Assembly (NCBI GenBank): GCA_951406725.2
Contig: OX597826.1
Location: 10,602,001 to 10,666,000, forward strand
Direction of reading: 5' to 3'
Source of the DNA: Octopus vulgaris
Taxonomy: Eukaryota
Length of the DNA: 64,000 nucleotides
Positions 14,521-26,272 of this stretch are shown here, piece by piece. Each line of letters opens with the position of its first letter. Positions within the stretch are counted from its first letter, which is position 1. Both the position numbers and the translations under genes were made by a program. The notes beneath the pieces were generated by a model. That model was not told the origin of the DNA. It made no database searches and saw only the letters and a list, made by a program, of their open reading frames with translations.

Positions 14521-16553
14521 CTACATACACATATAAATATATATTATATATATGCACATATAAAAATATATATATATATTTATACTCATGCATATATACA
14601 TAAAAATATATATACATATATGTATATACACAAACACATATATATATTATATATATCTTTATACACACACATATATGCACTCTCACATACATTTGTACAC
14701 ACACACATACACACACACACACACATGCACATATGTGTTTGTGTGTACAAACATTTTTATTAATTATAAATATACATTCTGTACTTCTCAATTTTCCATT
14801 GCAAAATATCTTTTAACGTGTTCCCTTGCACGTGTGTTTATACACATGTGTATGTATGTGTGTGTGTCTGTATGCATGTGTGCTGATTCCTCCACTCACT
14901 TTTGTTTAGTTTTTTTTCTTTTCTTTTCCTTTTTTTTTTAAAAAAAACATTTTTGACTGTAAAATGTCCTAAACATGTCCTGTATCAATGCCCCCCCCCT
15001 CTTCATCTGCAAAAAGAAAAGAAGAAAAACCTATCACAAACACTTCAGCTTACTAAGTTTTACTCCAATGTGCATGCCTCACTTATCATCTCACTTTGTC
15101 AGATGATTAGATGCTCATTAAAATCACTCTTGTGACAAAATACCTTTAAACTGTTGAAGACTTTTATGTTTTTAATTTTTGTTGTCATATTTTTGAAAAA
15201 AAAAATTTTTTTCCTTTTTTTTTTATTTCTAATCATTCAGAAGTTCTAAAAAAAATGTGGCATTCAAGTTAAAACATACGAAAAAAACATTTCAGTTTCA
15301 ATCAAACCGAATGTCAAATATTTTTTTTAAATTTTTTTTTTTTTTTTGAAATGATCAATCATTATTATTATGGATAAATTCTTTATTTTATCCAAATGTC
15401 AAGTATTTGAAAGATTAATTGGTGTTTTTTTTTTTTAATAAATAATTGTCATTATTTAAAAACAAAAATCAAGACCTGATTTTTTTTTTTTTTTTGTAGC
15501 ATCAATTAATCCAAAATGTCACTTATTCATTCCAATATATCTCTTTGGAAACTCTTTAACTACTCCCACGCTCTGAACAAATGTTCCAGTATTGTTTCTT
15601 GGTAAAATACAGAAATAAAAATTAGAAAAAAAAAGAAGAAAAAAACCCTCACATTTTTGTCTTCTTTTTCATTTTTTCTAGGAAAAATTAATGTTGTTTT
15701 CATTTACTCATCTATAACCTTTAGTATTCCAACCATGACAACCCACTCTATAGTATTTTTATTTGTTTCAGTCATTTGACTGTAGCCATGCTGGAGCACC
15801 ACCTTAGAAGCTTTTAGTCAATGAAATTAACCCCAGGACTTATTCTTTGAAGCCTAGTATTTATATGATCAGTCTCTTTTGCTGAACTAAAAGTTACAGG
15901 GATATAAACACACCAGCATTGGTTGTCAGGTGATGGTGGGGTAACACACACATATAAGGGGCTTCTTTCAGTTTCTATCAACCAAATCCACTCACAAGGC
16001 TTTGGCTGGCCCGAGGTTATATTAGAAGACACTTGCCCAAGGTGCCCTGCAGCAAGACTGAACCCAGAACCATGTGGTTGGGAAGCAAGCTACTTACCAC
16101 ACAGCCATGTATGCGTCTATACCAAAAATTTACATATAATGTACTGTATTTCTTAAAAGACAGAATGTGTTTTGAGGGAGATTGGTTGTTATTTCTCTCA
16201 CATCAAAATACTATATAAAAGCCCTACACCCTGCCCTTTTGGACTCAATTAAATAAGGCAATCTCTTGATTATGAACACCCATATATCCAACTTACAAAC
16301 ATACATAGTTCTAAAATTGAATTTTGTAAGCTTACTGCATTAAAAATTATCCTGTAACATTTTTTTTTTTTTTTGTCTTTGGTCAGTAAGTGTCATTTGT
16401 TAGTTGCTTCTATCTAGAAATCAAAGAAAATGATTTCTTTTCCCTTCAAAATCTGCTTTTTTGACATGGACATTGATGTTTTAAAATATTCCATTACATT
16501 TCAAACGGATTCAGGGCTGGGTTGTTGAAGCAGAAATATCATTATGGCAAATA

Positions 16554-17119
16554 TTGTGTTGTCCGGAAAGTTCGTGCCGATTTTTAAAGGAAAGAAAAAG
16601 ATCAATAAATACTTGCCATTACATTTTTAATCAACCAAATATGAACCATATCGTTGCACATTGTGTTTCCATCTTTCCTTTAACTTGAAAATACCCTCTT
16701 CCCAGAACTGAGGTGGTTTCATGGCAAAGAATTCATCAAGGTATCTTTTTACGTCATCCAAGGAATTGAAATTTTTACCATTAAGACTATTCTGCAGAGA
16801 CCTGAATAAGTGGAAATCCAAAGGAGTAATATCTGGTGAATATGGAGGGTGGGGTAACACATCCCAGCTGAGCTGCAGCAATTTTTGTCCAGTTCCCAAA
16901 GCATCAAGTGCCAAAAATGAACTTTCTTATCTTCCATTTTAAAGGGTTACAGAATTAACACAGGTTATAGGAACATAAATCTTCTTCCACAAAAAGATAG
17001 CTTAAACTGTGCTCTAAATGGAGGTGTAGTCAAATCCTATTTTATGGACTCAACCATGTTCTAAAATAATTTGAAAGGTAAACTACTATAAATTGGCACA
17101 AACTTTCCGGAAAACCCAA
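16554..17119 (-). mobile_element. Internally deleted mariner transposon (non-autonomous)
   Basis: About 30-bp TIRs ttgtgttgtccggaaagttcgtgccgattt / aaattggcacaaactttccggaaaacccaa, flanked by TA at 16552-53 and 17120-21; N-terminal MEDKKVHFWHLML joined to C-terminal WDVLPHPPYSPDITPLDFHLFRSL...GIFKLKERW. Confidence 0.92.
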
Positions 17120-17469
17120 TATTTTGCTCAACGCCACAGATTTGCCTTATTGGCTGACAATATGTGCATTGCTGATCATGAGCAGTGGGGGAGCATCATA
17201 GCCACTTGTTGAGAGGGATTCTTCAGGATTCTAAGAAATGTAGCAAAAGTAAAGTTTGAAAGAAATATTGACCAGTTCTCATACTTTCTAAGAGTAAGCA
17301 ACTAGGAAATGACAGCTGCTACCCAAGGACAAAAACACTGTTACTCAGTGTTACATATATTGTTTGTGAATAATGGTTTCAAATTTTGTCACAAGGCCTG
17401 CAAGTTCATGGGAGGGGATTAGTCAATTATATTGACCCCATTGTTCAACTGGTACTTATTTTATCGACC

Positions 17470-18131
17470 TTAAAGTACTCAATCTCAGGGCTTCTACCAT
17501 CAATATTGGAACAAGGAAAGGAAGGAGTGAGAAGATTATTGAAATGTTGGAGCAATGCCATGTTGATGTGTATGGTGTAGAAGTACCTGGAAAAAGCTTT
17601 CGAAAGAGTTCCCTGCTGTGTTATATGGTGGTTTCTAAGGAATTTAGGAGTAGAAGAGTGGCTTGTTAGAGCTGGACAAGCCATGTACATGGTGCTGTGA
17701 GTAAGGTGAAAGTCAGCCATGAATAGTGATGAATTTAGTGTACAGGTAGGGGTTCACCAGGACTCAGTTCTCAGTCTACTCTTATGGTCCTCCAGGCCAT
17801 AACAGAGGAATTCAAAACTGGGTGTCCATGGGAACTACTGTATGCTGATGACCTTGCTCTTATTGCAGAATCTTTAGCAGAATTGGAGAAGAAATTCCAG
17901 GTATGGAAACAAAACTTGGAATCAAAGGGCCTTAAAGTTAACCAAGCAGAGACCAAAGTTGTTGTTAGTAAGAAAGAAGATAAAACCCTCTTTCCATCAG
18001 GTAAATGGCCCTGTTTGATATGTAAGAAAAGAGTTGGAAGAAATTTCATTTGCTGCATCCAGTGTAAACTATGGACACATAAGAGATGCTGTGGAATCAC
18101 AGGTAGATTAACAGATAAAGTTGCAAAATGA
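17470..18131 (+). mobile_element. RTE-clade LINE reverse transcriptase fragment (decayed)
   Basis: DLEKAFxRVP-like and GVHQDSVLS segments, WELLYADDLALIAES catalytic motif, GLKVNxxxTK, followed by a Cys/His cluster. Confidence 0.9.
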
Positions 18132-18359
18132 TGAATGAAAATATTTTCAGACTTATAGACTACAACTGAAGGGGGGGGGGGGGGTAACTGTGTATTGCGT
18201 TCCAATATTGGGATACAGAGAGATATTTAGATACTTAGAATAAGGTTGAGGTTATTTTCAATTATAGAGAGAGACTTAAGGTATTCATGTTAGGATAGAG
18301 GTAGAGCTTAGAGAAGATAATGAACCTAATGTGGTATTATAATTGTATAAATAAAAAGC

Positions 18360-18608
18360 ATCCTTTTCAAGCCTAGCCAGGCTCATGGGCCCGGTTTCCC
18401 GATTTCTATGGCGTATGTGTTCCCCCCAGCTGGACGGGACGCCAGTCCATCGCAGCGTTACTCATTTTTACCAGTTGAGTGGACTGGAGCAACATGAAGT
18501 GAAGTGTTTTGCTCAAGAACACAACACGTTACCAGGTCCAGGAATCAAAACCATGATCTTACGACCATGATGCTGACACCCTAACCACTAAGCTACGGGC
18601 CTCCACAT
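18360..18608 (-). mobile_element. SINE family C-related copy
   Basis: Shares the agcc...gctcat...gggcc.gtttccc...ctggacgggacgc segment with 8573-8868; tRNA-like head at the right end. Confidence 0.7.
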
Positions 18609-18894
18609 TGTGGAGTTATAGAATTGTGAATTTATAGAATTAATTGCAATTATAATGGGAGTTACTCTGGCTAAGGTAGAGGTGGAGGGTGTAGAAATAT
18701 AGGGTATATTGTTGTAAGATGTATTTGAATACACCTACATATACAAATACCAATGGTATATGAATCAAGACTCAGATAAATTCTTAAAAATAAATGCTTA
18801 GAAATATATGGAGTAACATCCCAAGGAAAAGCTGGTGCCTGTGAAATCCTGTATCCCTGCCGTAAGGCTTTACTTCCACACATACCACATATAC

Positions 18895-19299
18895 CCCACT
18901 CCACCCCACTTTGGATGATGATAACTGTCAGAATTTTAAAATATCCATTTTCCTGAAAGCTAAGATGAATTGAAGTGGACTCTGGTGAATTTGCTGAAAA
19001 TCCTCCCCCAACCCCTCCTAAAACACTTTTCCCCCAAAATGTTGTATATTTGGAATCTACATGATGTAAAACATATTGGTAGGAAATTTCATTAATAAAT
19101 ATCCATTTTCCTGAAAGTTAAGATGAATTGGAGTTCGGTGAATTTTCCAAAAATCCTTCACCGACACCTCCTAAAACACTTTCCCCCCAAAATGTTGTAT
19201 ATTTGAAATCTACATGATGTATAAAATATTCATAGGGAATTTCATTAATAAATATCCATTTTCCCTGAACGTAATGATCATCCAAAGTCGGGGTAGGGG
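18895..19299. mobile_element. MITE-like element with terminal inverted repeats and an internal ~158-bp tandem duplication
   Basis: ccccactttggatgatgat (left) vs atgatcatccaaagtcgggg (right); aaatatccattttcctgaa recurs near 18938, 19097 and 19250. Confidence 0.65.
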
Positions 19300-19661
19300 C
19301 ACAGAAATCTGTAGTTATGCCATTTGACAATTGATCAATTAAATGAAATCTTCATATGAAATTTTTTTTCCTCAGATGAAAGTATCTTTAGAAATTCCTT
19401 TTTATCAGAAACTGTCACAACTGTAATGATGTATGTATGTGTGTGTAAATTGCTGGTTAGGATACCAAAGACAGAAAGTTCAAACACAGGAAGTTGAGAA
19501 AACAATTTGAAGAATTATATATAGAGCAAATATCATTTATTTTTAATAGCAAAAAATAAATCAAGACTATATTATTATTTCCAAGGTCAAATTATTCATG
19601 TACCCCTAGTATAGACTGAACCAGAGGTTTGAACATGCATTGAGGACACATACAGACAGGG

Positions 19662-19709
<48 letters not shown>

Positions 19710-19904
19710 TTATTTATAAATGTATATATGTTTTTTTCAATGTATACAGAAAAAATATATAAATAGTTACCAGGGTAACAGAAATTCACATCAGTGCCAA
19801 GGATATTACAGCCTACTTATAAAGATAGAAATTCCAGGGTTAAGTGAAACATTTTTGTATAACAGATAAATTTAAAAATTGGAGTCAAACACAGGTGTTA
19901 TTCA

Positions 19905-20220
19905 GATTCTTATTCTTCTGACATATGTTTTGAAGAAAACATTGATATTATTTCAGAGGGAATAAAATGATGTAAAACAATGAAATTATGTCGTCAGGGA
20001 AACAAAAGAGAAACAAAACACATCAATAAATAATTTTAACCAAATGTGATTACCACGTACATGATGAAGGGGAATGCTGGTAAGTTATTTTAATTTGCCA
20101 GCATTTTTCTTTTGTTTCCCTGACGACATAATTGCATTGTTTTACATCATTTTTATTTCCTCCAGAATAATATCAATGTTTTCTTCGAAACATATGGTGG
20201 AAGTAGAACAATTTGAATAT
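19905..20220. repeat. Inverted repeat (about 90-110 bp arms), probably Penelope-like element ends
   Basis: 19923-20013 is the near reverse complement of 20106-20196; the right arm carries ctgacga...cgaaac. Confidence 0.7.
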
Positions 20221-20277
20221 CTCCTGAGTTCGAGTTCATTACTTAATATATACATACATATATATATATATATAGCG

Positions 20278-21206
20278 TTAGATTGAAAGAAATGAAGCTA
20301 GCATGATCTGCTGGATGTGTAATGTCTGTGTCCATGCACGACAGAGCGTAAGTGCCCCGAGAGAAATGTTGGACATAAGAAACATTGGATGCAGCGTGCA
20401 GGAGAGACGTTTGCATTACTATGGCCATGTGCTACGGATGGATGAGGAGAGATGTGTGAAGAAGTGCCACTACCAAACTGTTGAATGAAGCCAGGGTAGA
20501 GGTAGACCCAGGAAGACATGGGATGAGGTGGTCAAGCATGACCTTTGTAGGGAGACCTTCGTGGTTCGTAGGGAGACCTGCTGTGCTTGAGGAGACCTAT
20601 TGAGTCAAGTACATCAACATCAACATCAAAATAAAAATCAAATGGATATTGTATCGTGATACCTGTGCCGGTGGCACGATGGCCCTCACAGAGGAAATGA
20701 CGAAAGACCGAGACCTCTGAGATATGCTGTGACTGTGAAGACCCAACAAATGAAGTGAGTTCATGGCTCGCAGGATGGCCTGCTGTGCTAACCTTGGATC
20801 GTAGAGTGACCCGCTGTTCTTGAGGAGACCTATTGAGTCAAGTACATCAACATCAACATATAAAAATCAAATGGAAATTGTAATTAAGACACCTGTGCCA
20901 GTGGCACATAAAAACACCATCCGAACATGGCTGATGCCAGTGACTCCTGACTGGCGTCCGTGCCGGTGACATATACAAAAAAAACAACTGATCGTGGCCG
21001 TTTGCCAGCCTCCTCTGGCTCCTGTGCCAGTGGGACATAAAAAGCACCCACTATACTCACAGAGTGGTTGACATTAGGAAGGACATCCAGCTGTAGAAAT
21101 ACTGCCAGATCAGACTGGAGCCTGGCGCAGCCTCCTGGCTTCCTAGACCCCGGTCGAACCATCCAACCCATGCTAGCATGGAAAACGGACGTTAAACGAT
21201 GATGAT
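20278..21206 (+). mobile_element. 5'-truncated RTE LINE: ORF C-terminus plus 3' UTR ending in (GAT)n
   Basis: RLKEMKLA/MICWMCNV...ERRLHYYGHVLRMDEERCVKK...GRGRPRKTW, then subrepeat-rich UTR ending ggacgttaaacgatgatgat. Confidence 0.85.
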
Positions 21207-21624
21207 ATATAGATATATATATATATATATATAACTTACTTGGAAAAGGATGCGTGGCATTTGATCATATGATATTATAAATAATATATAAATATATGCA
21301 TATATATATACATACATATATGTACATACCTACATATATATGTATATATACATGCATATATGGGTACAGGACATCAAAAAAACGTTGAACACAATGAGAA
21401 ACGAAAACATTAAAAACAAAAACATAGAAAATGAACTTTTTTCAAACAACAAAAAAACAAACAGAGAAACGAGACATGCAACAAAGAATATTCCCCTTCA
21501 TCAGTTGTCCTTGTTTCATCTGCTCACCAACCACATAGTTCTGGGTTCAGTCCTACTTGGGCAAGTGTCTTCTACTATAGCCTCAGGCCGACTAAATTTG
21601 GTAGATGGAAACTGAAACAAGCCT

Positions 21625-22375
21625 GAGGATAGCTGTGTGAAAAAGTGTCACACTCTAGTGGTTGAAGGAACCCATGGAAGAGGTAGACCCAGGAGGACCT
21701 GGGATGAGGTAGTGAAGCATGATCTTCAAACATTAGGCCTCACCGAGGCAATGACTAGTGACTGAGACCTTTGGAAATATGCTGAGCTTGAGAAAACCCG
21801 GTAAGCCAAGTGAGACCATAACCAGTGTCCTATCCCAGGGGTGTAACCAGCCCACTTATGTGTACCTTTCCTTCATTGCGAAGACCTGTTGAGGCAAGTG
21901 AAATTGAAATCAAATTCGATGACAGCACCGCATGACTGGCATCTGTGCTAGTGGAGCACTAAGAGCACCATTCGAGTGTGATCGTTGCCAGGGCCGCTGA
22001 CTGGCTCCCACACTGGTGGCACATAAAAAGCAACATTCAAGTGTGATCATTACCAGTGTTGCCTTACTGGCACATGAAAAACAAGATTCGAGTGAGGTCG
22101 TTGCCAGTCTCGCCGGACTGGCTCTTGTGCAGGTAGCACATAAAAAGCACCATTTGAGCGTGGCCGTTGCCAGTACCGTCTGACTGGCCCTCATGCTGGT
22201 GGCACGTAGAAGCACCCACTACACTCTCGGAGTGGTTGGCAATAGGAAGGGCATCCAGCTGTAGAAATTCTGCCAGATCAGATTGGAGCCTGGTGCAGCC
22301 ATCTGGCTCGCCAGTCCTCAGTCAAACTGTCCAACCCATGCTAGCATGGAAAGTGAGCATTAAACAATGATGATG
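21625..22375 (+). mobile_element. 5'-truncated RTE LINE copy (ORF end + 3' UTR)
   Basis: gaagaggtagacccaggaggacctgggatgag (GRPRxTW) and the same UTR and (GAT)n tail; it interrupts a SINE A copy. Confidence 0.8.
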
Positions 22376-22576
22376 ATATATATATATACACACACACCGA
22401 TGTTGGTGCCTTTACATCCCAGTAACTTAGCGGTTTGGAAAAAGAGACCGATAGGGAAAGTACTAGGTTTACAAAGAATAAGTCCGGGGTCGATTTCTTC
22501 AACCAAAACTCCTTAAAGCAGTGCAACAACATGGCCACAGTCAACTGACTGAAACAAGTAAAAGAATATATGTATA

Positions 22577-22609
<33 letters not shown>

Positions 22610-23370
22610 TTACTTACCAGTGGTATGTAAAAAGTACCTTTTGAGCGTTGGGCCTCATGGAGGCATGACAAATGATTGAGACTTTTGACAATATCCTGTT
22701 CTTGAGTAGAAGACCCATCAACTCAAGTGAAATTGTAGTCGTGGAAGATGCTGGTGTCAAGTGGCACCCATGCTGGTGGCATGTACAGGCACTCATTACA
22801 CTCTTAGAGTGGTTGGTATCCAGCCATAGAAACTATGCCAAATCAGACTGCAGCCCCTCAGCTTACCAGCCCTGGTCAAACCGTTCAACCTATGCCAGCA
22901 TGGACAACTTGTGAGAGGAATTTGGTAGGTGGCTGAAAACTGCACATAGGTCTGTCACACACACGTGCACACACATGTGCACACACACACACGTACACAC
23001 ACACACATGCACGTGCACACACACACACACGTGCACACACACACACACACGTGCACACACATACACACACACGCTCACACAGAAGTGTTCTAGTAGTTAA
23101 ATCACTTCAGTCAATTCTAGTAATTAGAGTAGATTGTCTCACTTAAAAAAAAAAAAGAACAAAAACAAAAAAAAAAACAAAAAAACAAATGCAATACGCC
23201 TGCACCAAATTCACCATTGTCTATGTTTTATATATACGGTCTCCTTCTTATAGGAACTGATGACAAGATAATACATTTTCTAATGCTGGAAATAAAATAC
23301 ATTTTGGAAATTAGGATAACAATAGCATATTTTTCAGGTCAGTATGAAGTTCGTCTGAATAAACATAATT

Positions 23371-23376
23371 TTTATT
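23371..23376 (-). terminator. Possible polyadenylation signal (AATAAA on minus strand) for the receptor gene
   Basis: tttatt on + about 430 nt past the stop; a U/GU-rich tract lies further downstream (23145-23190). Common by chance in AT-rich DNA. Confidence 0.3.
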
Positions 23377-23807
23377 AGAAAAGGTGGACACCTGAGTAAT
23401 TTCCAGAGTAATATCCATTGTAAAGCAAGGAGCATAATGTAAATCACGAGTTAATAAGATGCTTGAAAATATAAACATTGTCTGGTGCACACACACAAAC
23501 GAAAAGAGCGTAGCTCCGATAATGGGAAGAGACGACAATTAATGAAGGGGTTGCAAGAAGTAATGAAAAGTTTACAAAAAAAAAATAATAAGTAGATGAG
23601 TGGAAATTGAACTGGTGATTGTGTTTGTTAATAAGGCATTAAAACAGAATGACTCTCCGCAGACATAACAAAATTTGGAAAGTTACTTTTAATACCAGAT
23701 TTATCAGCAAAAGTAGCAATATTTTCAAGTTATTCCTTTGAGCATCAAATCAAGCTTCACAAGATGAATTTTATATGTATAATCACAAATTTAAACAATC
23801 GTAGCAC

Positions 23808-24314
23808 CTAGCTTTGTACAACAGCTTTGTCAACGGAATTGGTATGCATACTATTATATGACTTGTTACCAAAGCAGATATTTTCAAAGTCTGAAGAATT
23901 CGATACATAATCGCTTTTGCCAATAACAAAATCTGCAAAGATATCACCGGAATTTTCGTCTTTATCATGATGCTTCATGCTAGTGAAACTTGGAACTGCC
24001 CGAATGTAAGGGTTAGATTTTTGATCTTCATTACTTTCCCCAGAAGGTGCTTGCTTCTTAGCATCACAGGTATCAAAGCTTAAGTCCATTTCTTTATACC
24101 CATAATCCATTACAGTTTCCGTCAACTCTTCTTTAGAACTATTTTTTTGAAGATCATGAAGACCTTGGACATTTATATCTTTGCTTTTAAAATCATTTTC
24201 CAAGCTTGTTTTTTCCTGTAAATACATTTGATTGCATTCACTTTCTGGAGAAGGCTCTGAACATAACTTGGGTGTTATTAAAACAGAAGAACTGTCATAA
24301 GCTTCATCATTGAT
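23808..24314 (-). CDS. Cytokine receptor terminal coding exon (168 aa + stop): INDEAYDSSSVLITPKL...NPYIRAVP...SDYVSN...SYNSMHTNSVDKAVVQS*
   Basis: tttttcAG acceptor at 24315-24316, in frame with track ORF 23808..24227; non-repetitive acidic/Ser-rich sequence with spaced tyrosines. Confidence 0.85.
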   Translation of the reverse strand: MNDEAYDSSSVLITPKLCSEPSPESECNQMYLQEKTSLENDFKSKDINVQGLHDLQKNSSKEELTETVMDYGYKEMDLSFDTCDAKKQAPSGESNEDQKSNPYIRAVPSFTSMKHHDKDENSGDIFADFVIGKSDYVSNSSDFENICFGNKSYNSMHTNSVDKAVVQS

Positions 24315-24934
24315 CTGAAAAATCAGATAAGAAAAAATAAAAGGAATGAAAAGAAAAATATTGATATCAATGAAACAGACAAAATGAAAAAAAATCCTGC
24401 TTAAATGCGCTTTATTTTATTTTAAAATAAATCTAAGGCAGCAAGCTGGAAGAGACGTTAGCACTCTGGACAATTTCTTCCAACTCTTTATGTTCTAGGT
24501 TCAAATGCAGCAGAGGTCAACGTCTGAGTCAACAGTTAAGCAATGGATTCTATGTAAATTTCTTGCGCATCCTGTCAAAACTGTTGGCCTTGTGCCAAAA
24601 TTAGAAAGAATTATTTGAGTAAAATCTCAGCAAGTATGCTGTACATTAGAAAATCGATTTTAATCAATTACAACTCCAAAATATTAGGAATAATTATACT
24701 TAATCATCATCATCATCATCATCGTTTAGCATCTGCTTTCCATGCTAGCATGGGTTGGACAGTTCAACTGGGGTCTGGGAAGCCAGAAGGCTGCACCAGG
24801 CCCAGTCTGATCTGGCACTGTTTCTACGGCTGGATGCCCTTCCTAACGCCAACCACTCCGTGAGTGTAGTGGGTGCTTTTTACGTTCCACCAGCACAGGT
24901 GCTAGACGAGGCTGGCAAACGACCACGATCAGAT

Positions 24935-25770
24935 TATGCTTTTTATGTGCCACCGGCATGGATGCCAGGCGAGGCTAGCAAACGGCCACGATTGGATGAT
25001 GCTTTTTATGTGCCACCGGCATGGATGCCAGGCGAGGCTGGCAACGGCCACGATTGGATGATGCTTTTTATGTGCCACCGGCATGGATGCCAGGCGAGGC
25101 TGGCAACGGCCACGATTGGATGATGCTTTTTATGTGCCACCGGCATGGATGCCAGGCGAGGCTGGCAACGGCCACGATTGGATGGTGCTTTTTATGTGCC
25201 ACCGGCATGGATGCCAGGCGAGGCTGGCAACGGCCACGATTGGATGGTGCTTTTTATGTGCCACCGGCATGGATGCCAGGCGAGGCTAGCAAACGGCCAC
25301 GATTGGATGATGCTTTTTATGTGCCACCGGCATGGATGCCAGGCGAGGCTGGCAACGGCCACGATTGGATGATGCTTTTTATGTGCCACCGGCATGGATG
25401 CCAGGCGAGGCTAGCAAACGGCCACGATTGGATGATGCTTTTTATGTGCCACCGGCATGGATGCCAGGCGAGGCTAGCAAACGGCCACGATTGGATGATG
25501 CTTTTTATGTGCCACCGCGCATGGATGCCAGGCGAGGCTGGCAACGGCCACGATTGGATGATGCTTTTTATGTGCCACCGGCATGGATGCCAGGCGAGGC
25601 TAGCAAACGGCCACGATTGGATGATGCTTTTTATGTGCCACCGGCATGGATGCCAGGCGAGGCTGGCAACGGCCACGATTGGATGATGCTTTTTATGTGC
25701 CACCGGCATGGATGCCAGGCGAGGCTGGCAACGGCCACGATTGGATGGTGCTTTTTATGTGCCACCGGCA
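24935..25770. repeat. Minisatellite, 62/63-bp unit, about 13 copies, inside a minus-strand RTE 3' UTR (24705-25880)
   Basis: Unit atgtgccaccggcatggatgccaggcgaggct(ggcaacgg/agcaaacgg)ccacgattggatgatgcttttt; ORF starts 25021, 25083 and 25145 show the 62-nt period. Confidence 0.95.
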
Positions 25771-26041
25771 CGGAGGCCAGTCGGGGCGCTGCTGGCAACA
25801 GCCACGTTCGGATGGTTCTCTTACGTGCCACCAGCACTGGTATCACAACTACAATTTCCATTGATTTTTGATCGATTTCGATTTTGATTTGATTTTGACT
25901 TTTTGATTTCTTAATATTTCTCCAAAATATTAAGTATAATTATTCATAATATTTTGGAGATGTAATTGTTTGATAAATGATTTGATCTGAGATCTTGTGT
26001 TGAAAATGACACATATTGTATAGCAGTCATTTTGGTTATTA

Positions 26042-26272
26042 GGCGGCGAGCTGGCAGAATCGTTAGCACGCTGGGCGAAATGCGTAGCCGTATTTCGTCT
26101 GCCGTTACGTTGTGAGTTCAAATTCCGCCGAGGTTGACTTTGCTTTTCATCCTTTCAGGGTTGATCAAATAAGTACCAGTTATGCACTGGGGTCGATATA
26201 ATCGACTTAATCCGTTTGTCTGTCCTTGTTTGTCCCCTCTGTGTTTAGCCCCTTGTGGGCAGTAAAGAAATA
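26042..26272 (+). mobile_element. SINE family B, young full-length copy
   Basis: CpG-retaining copy; inverted copies at 44393-44625 and 45405-45635. Confidence 0.85.

Noticed and set aside
13800-15720. Possible 3' UTR of a neighbouring gene (transposon-poor, T-run-rich)
   Set aside because: Only compositional evidence; no coding exon identified.
25021-25871. ORFs of 68-221 aa
   Set aside because: Translations of the 62/63-bp minisatellite.
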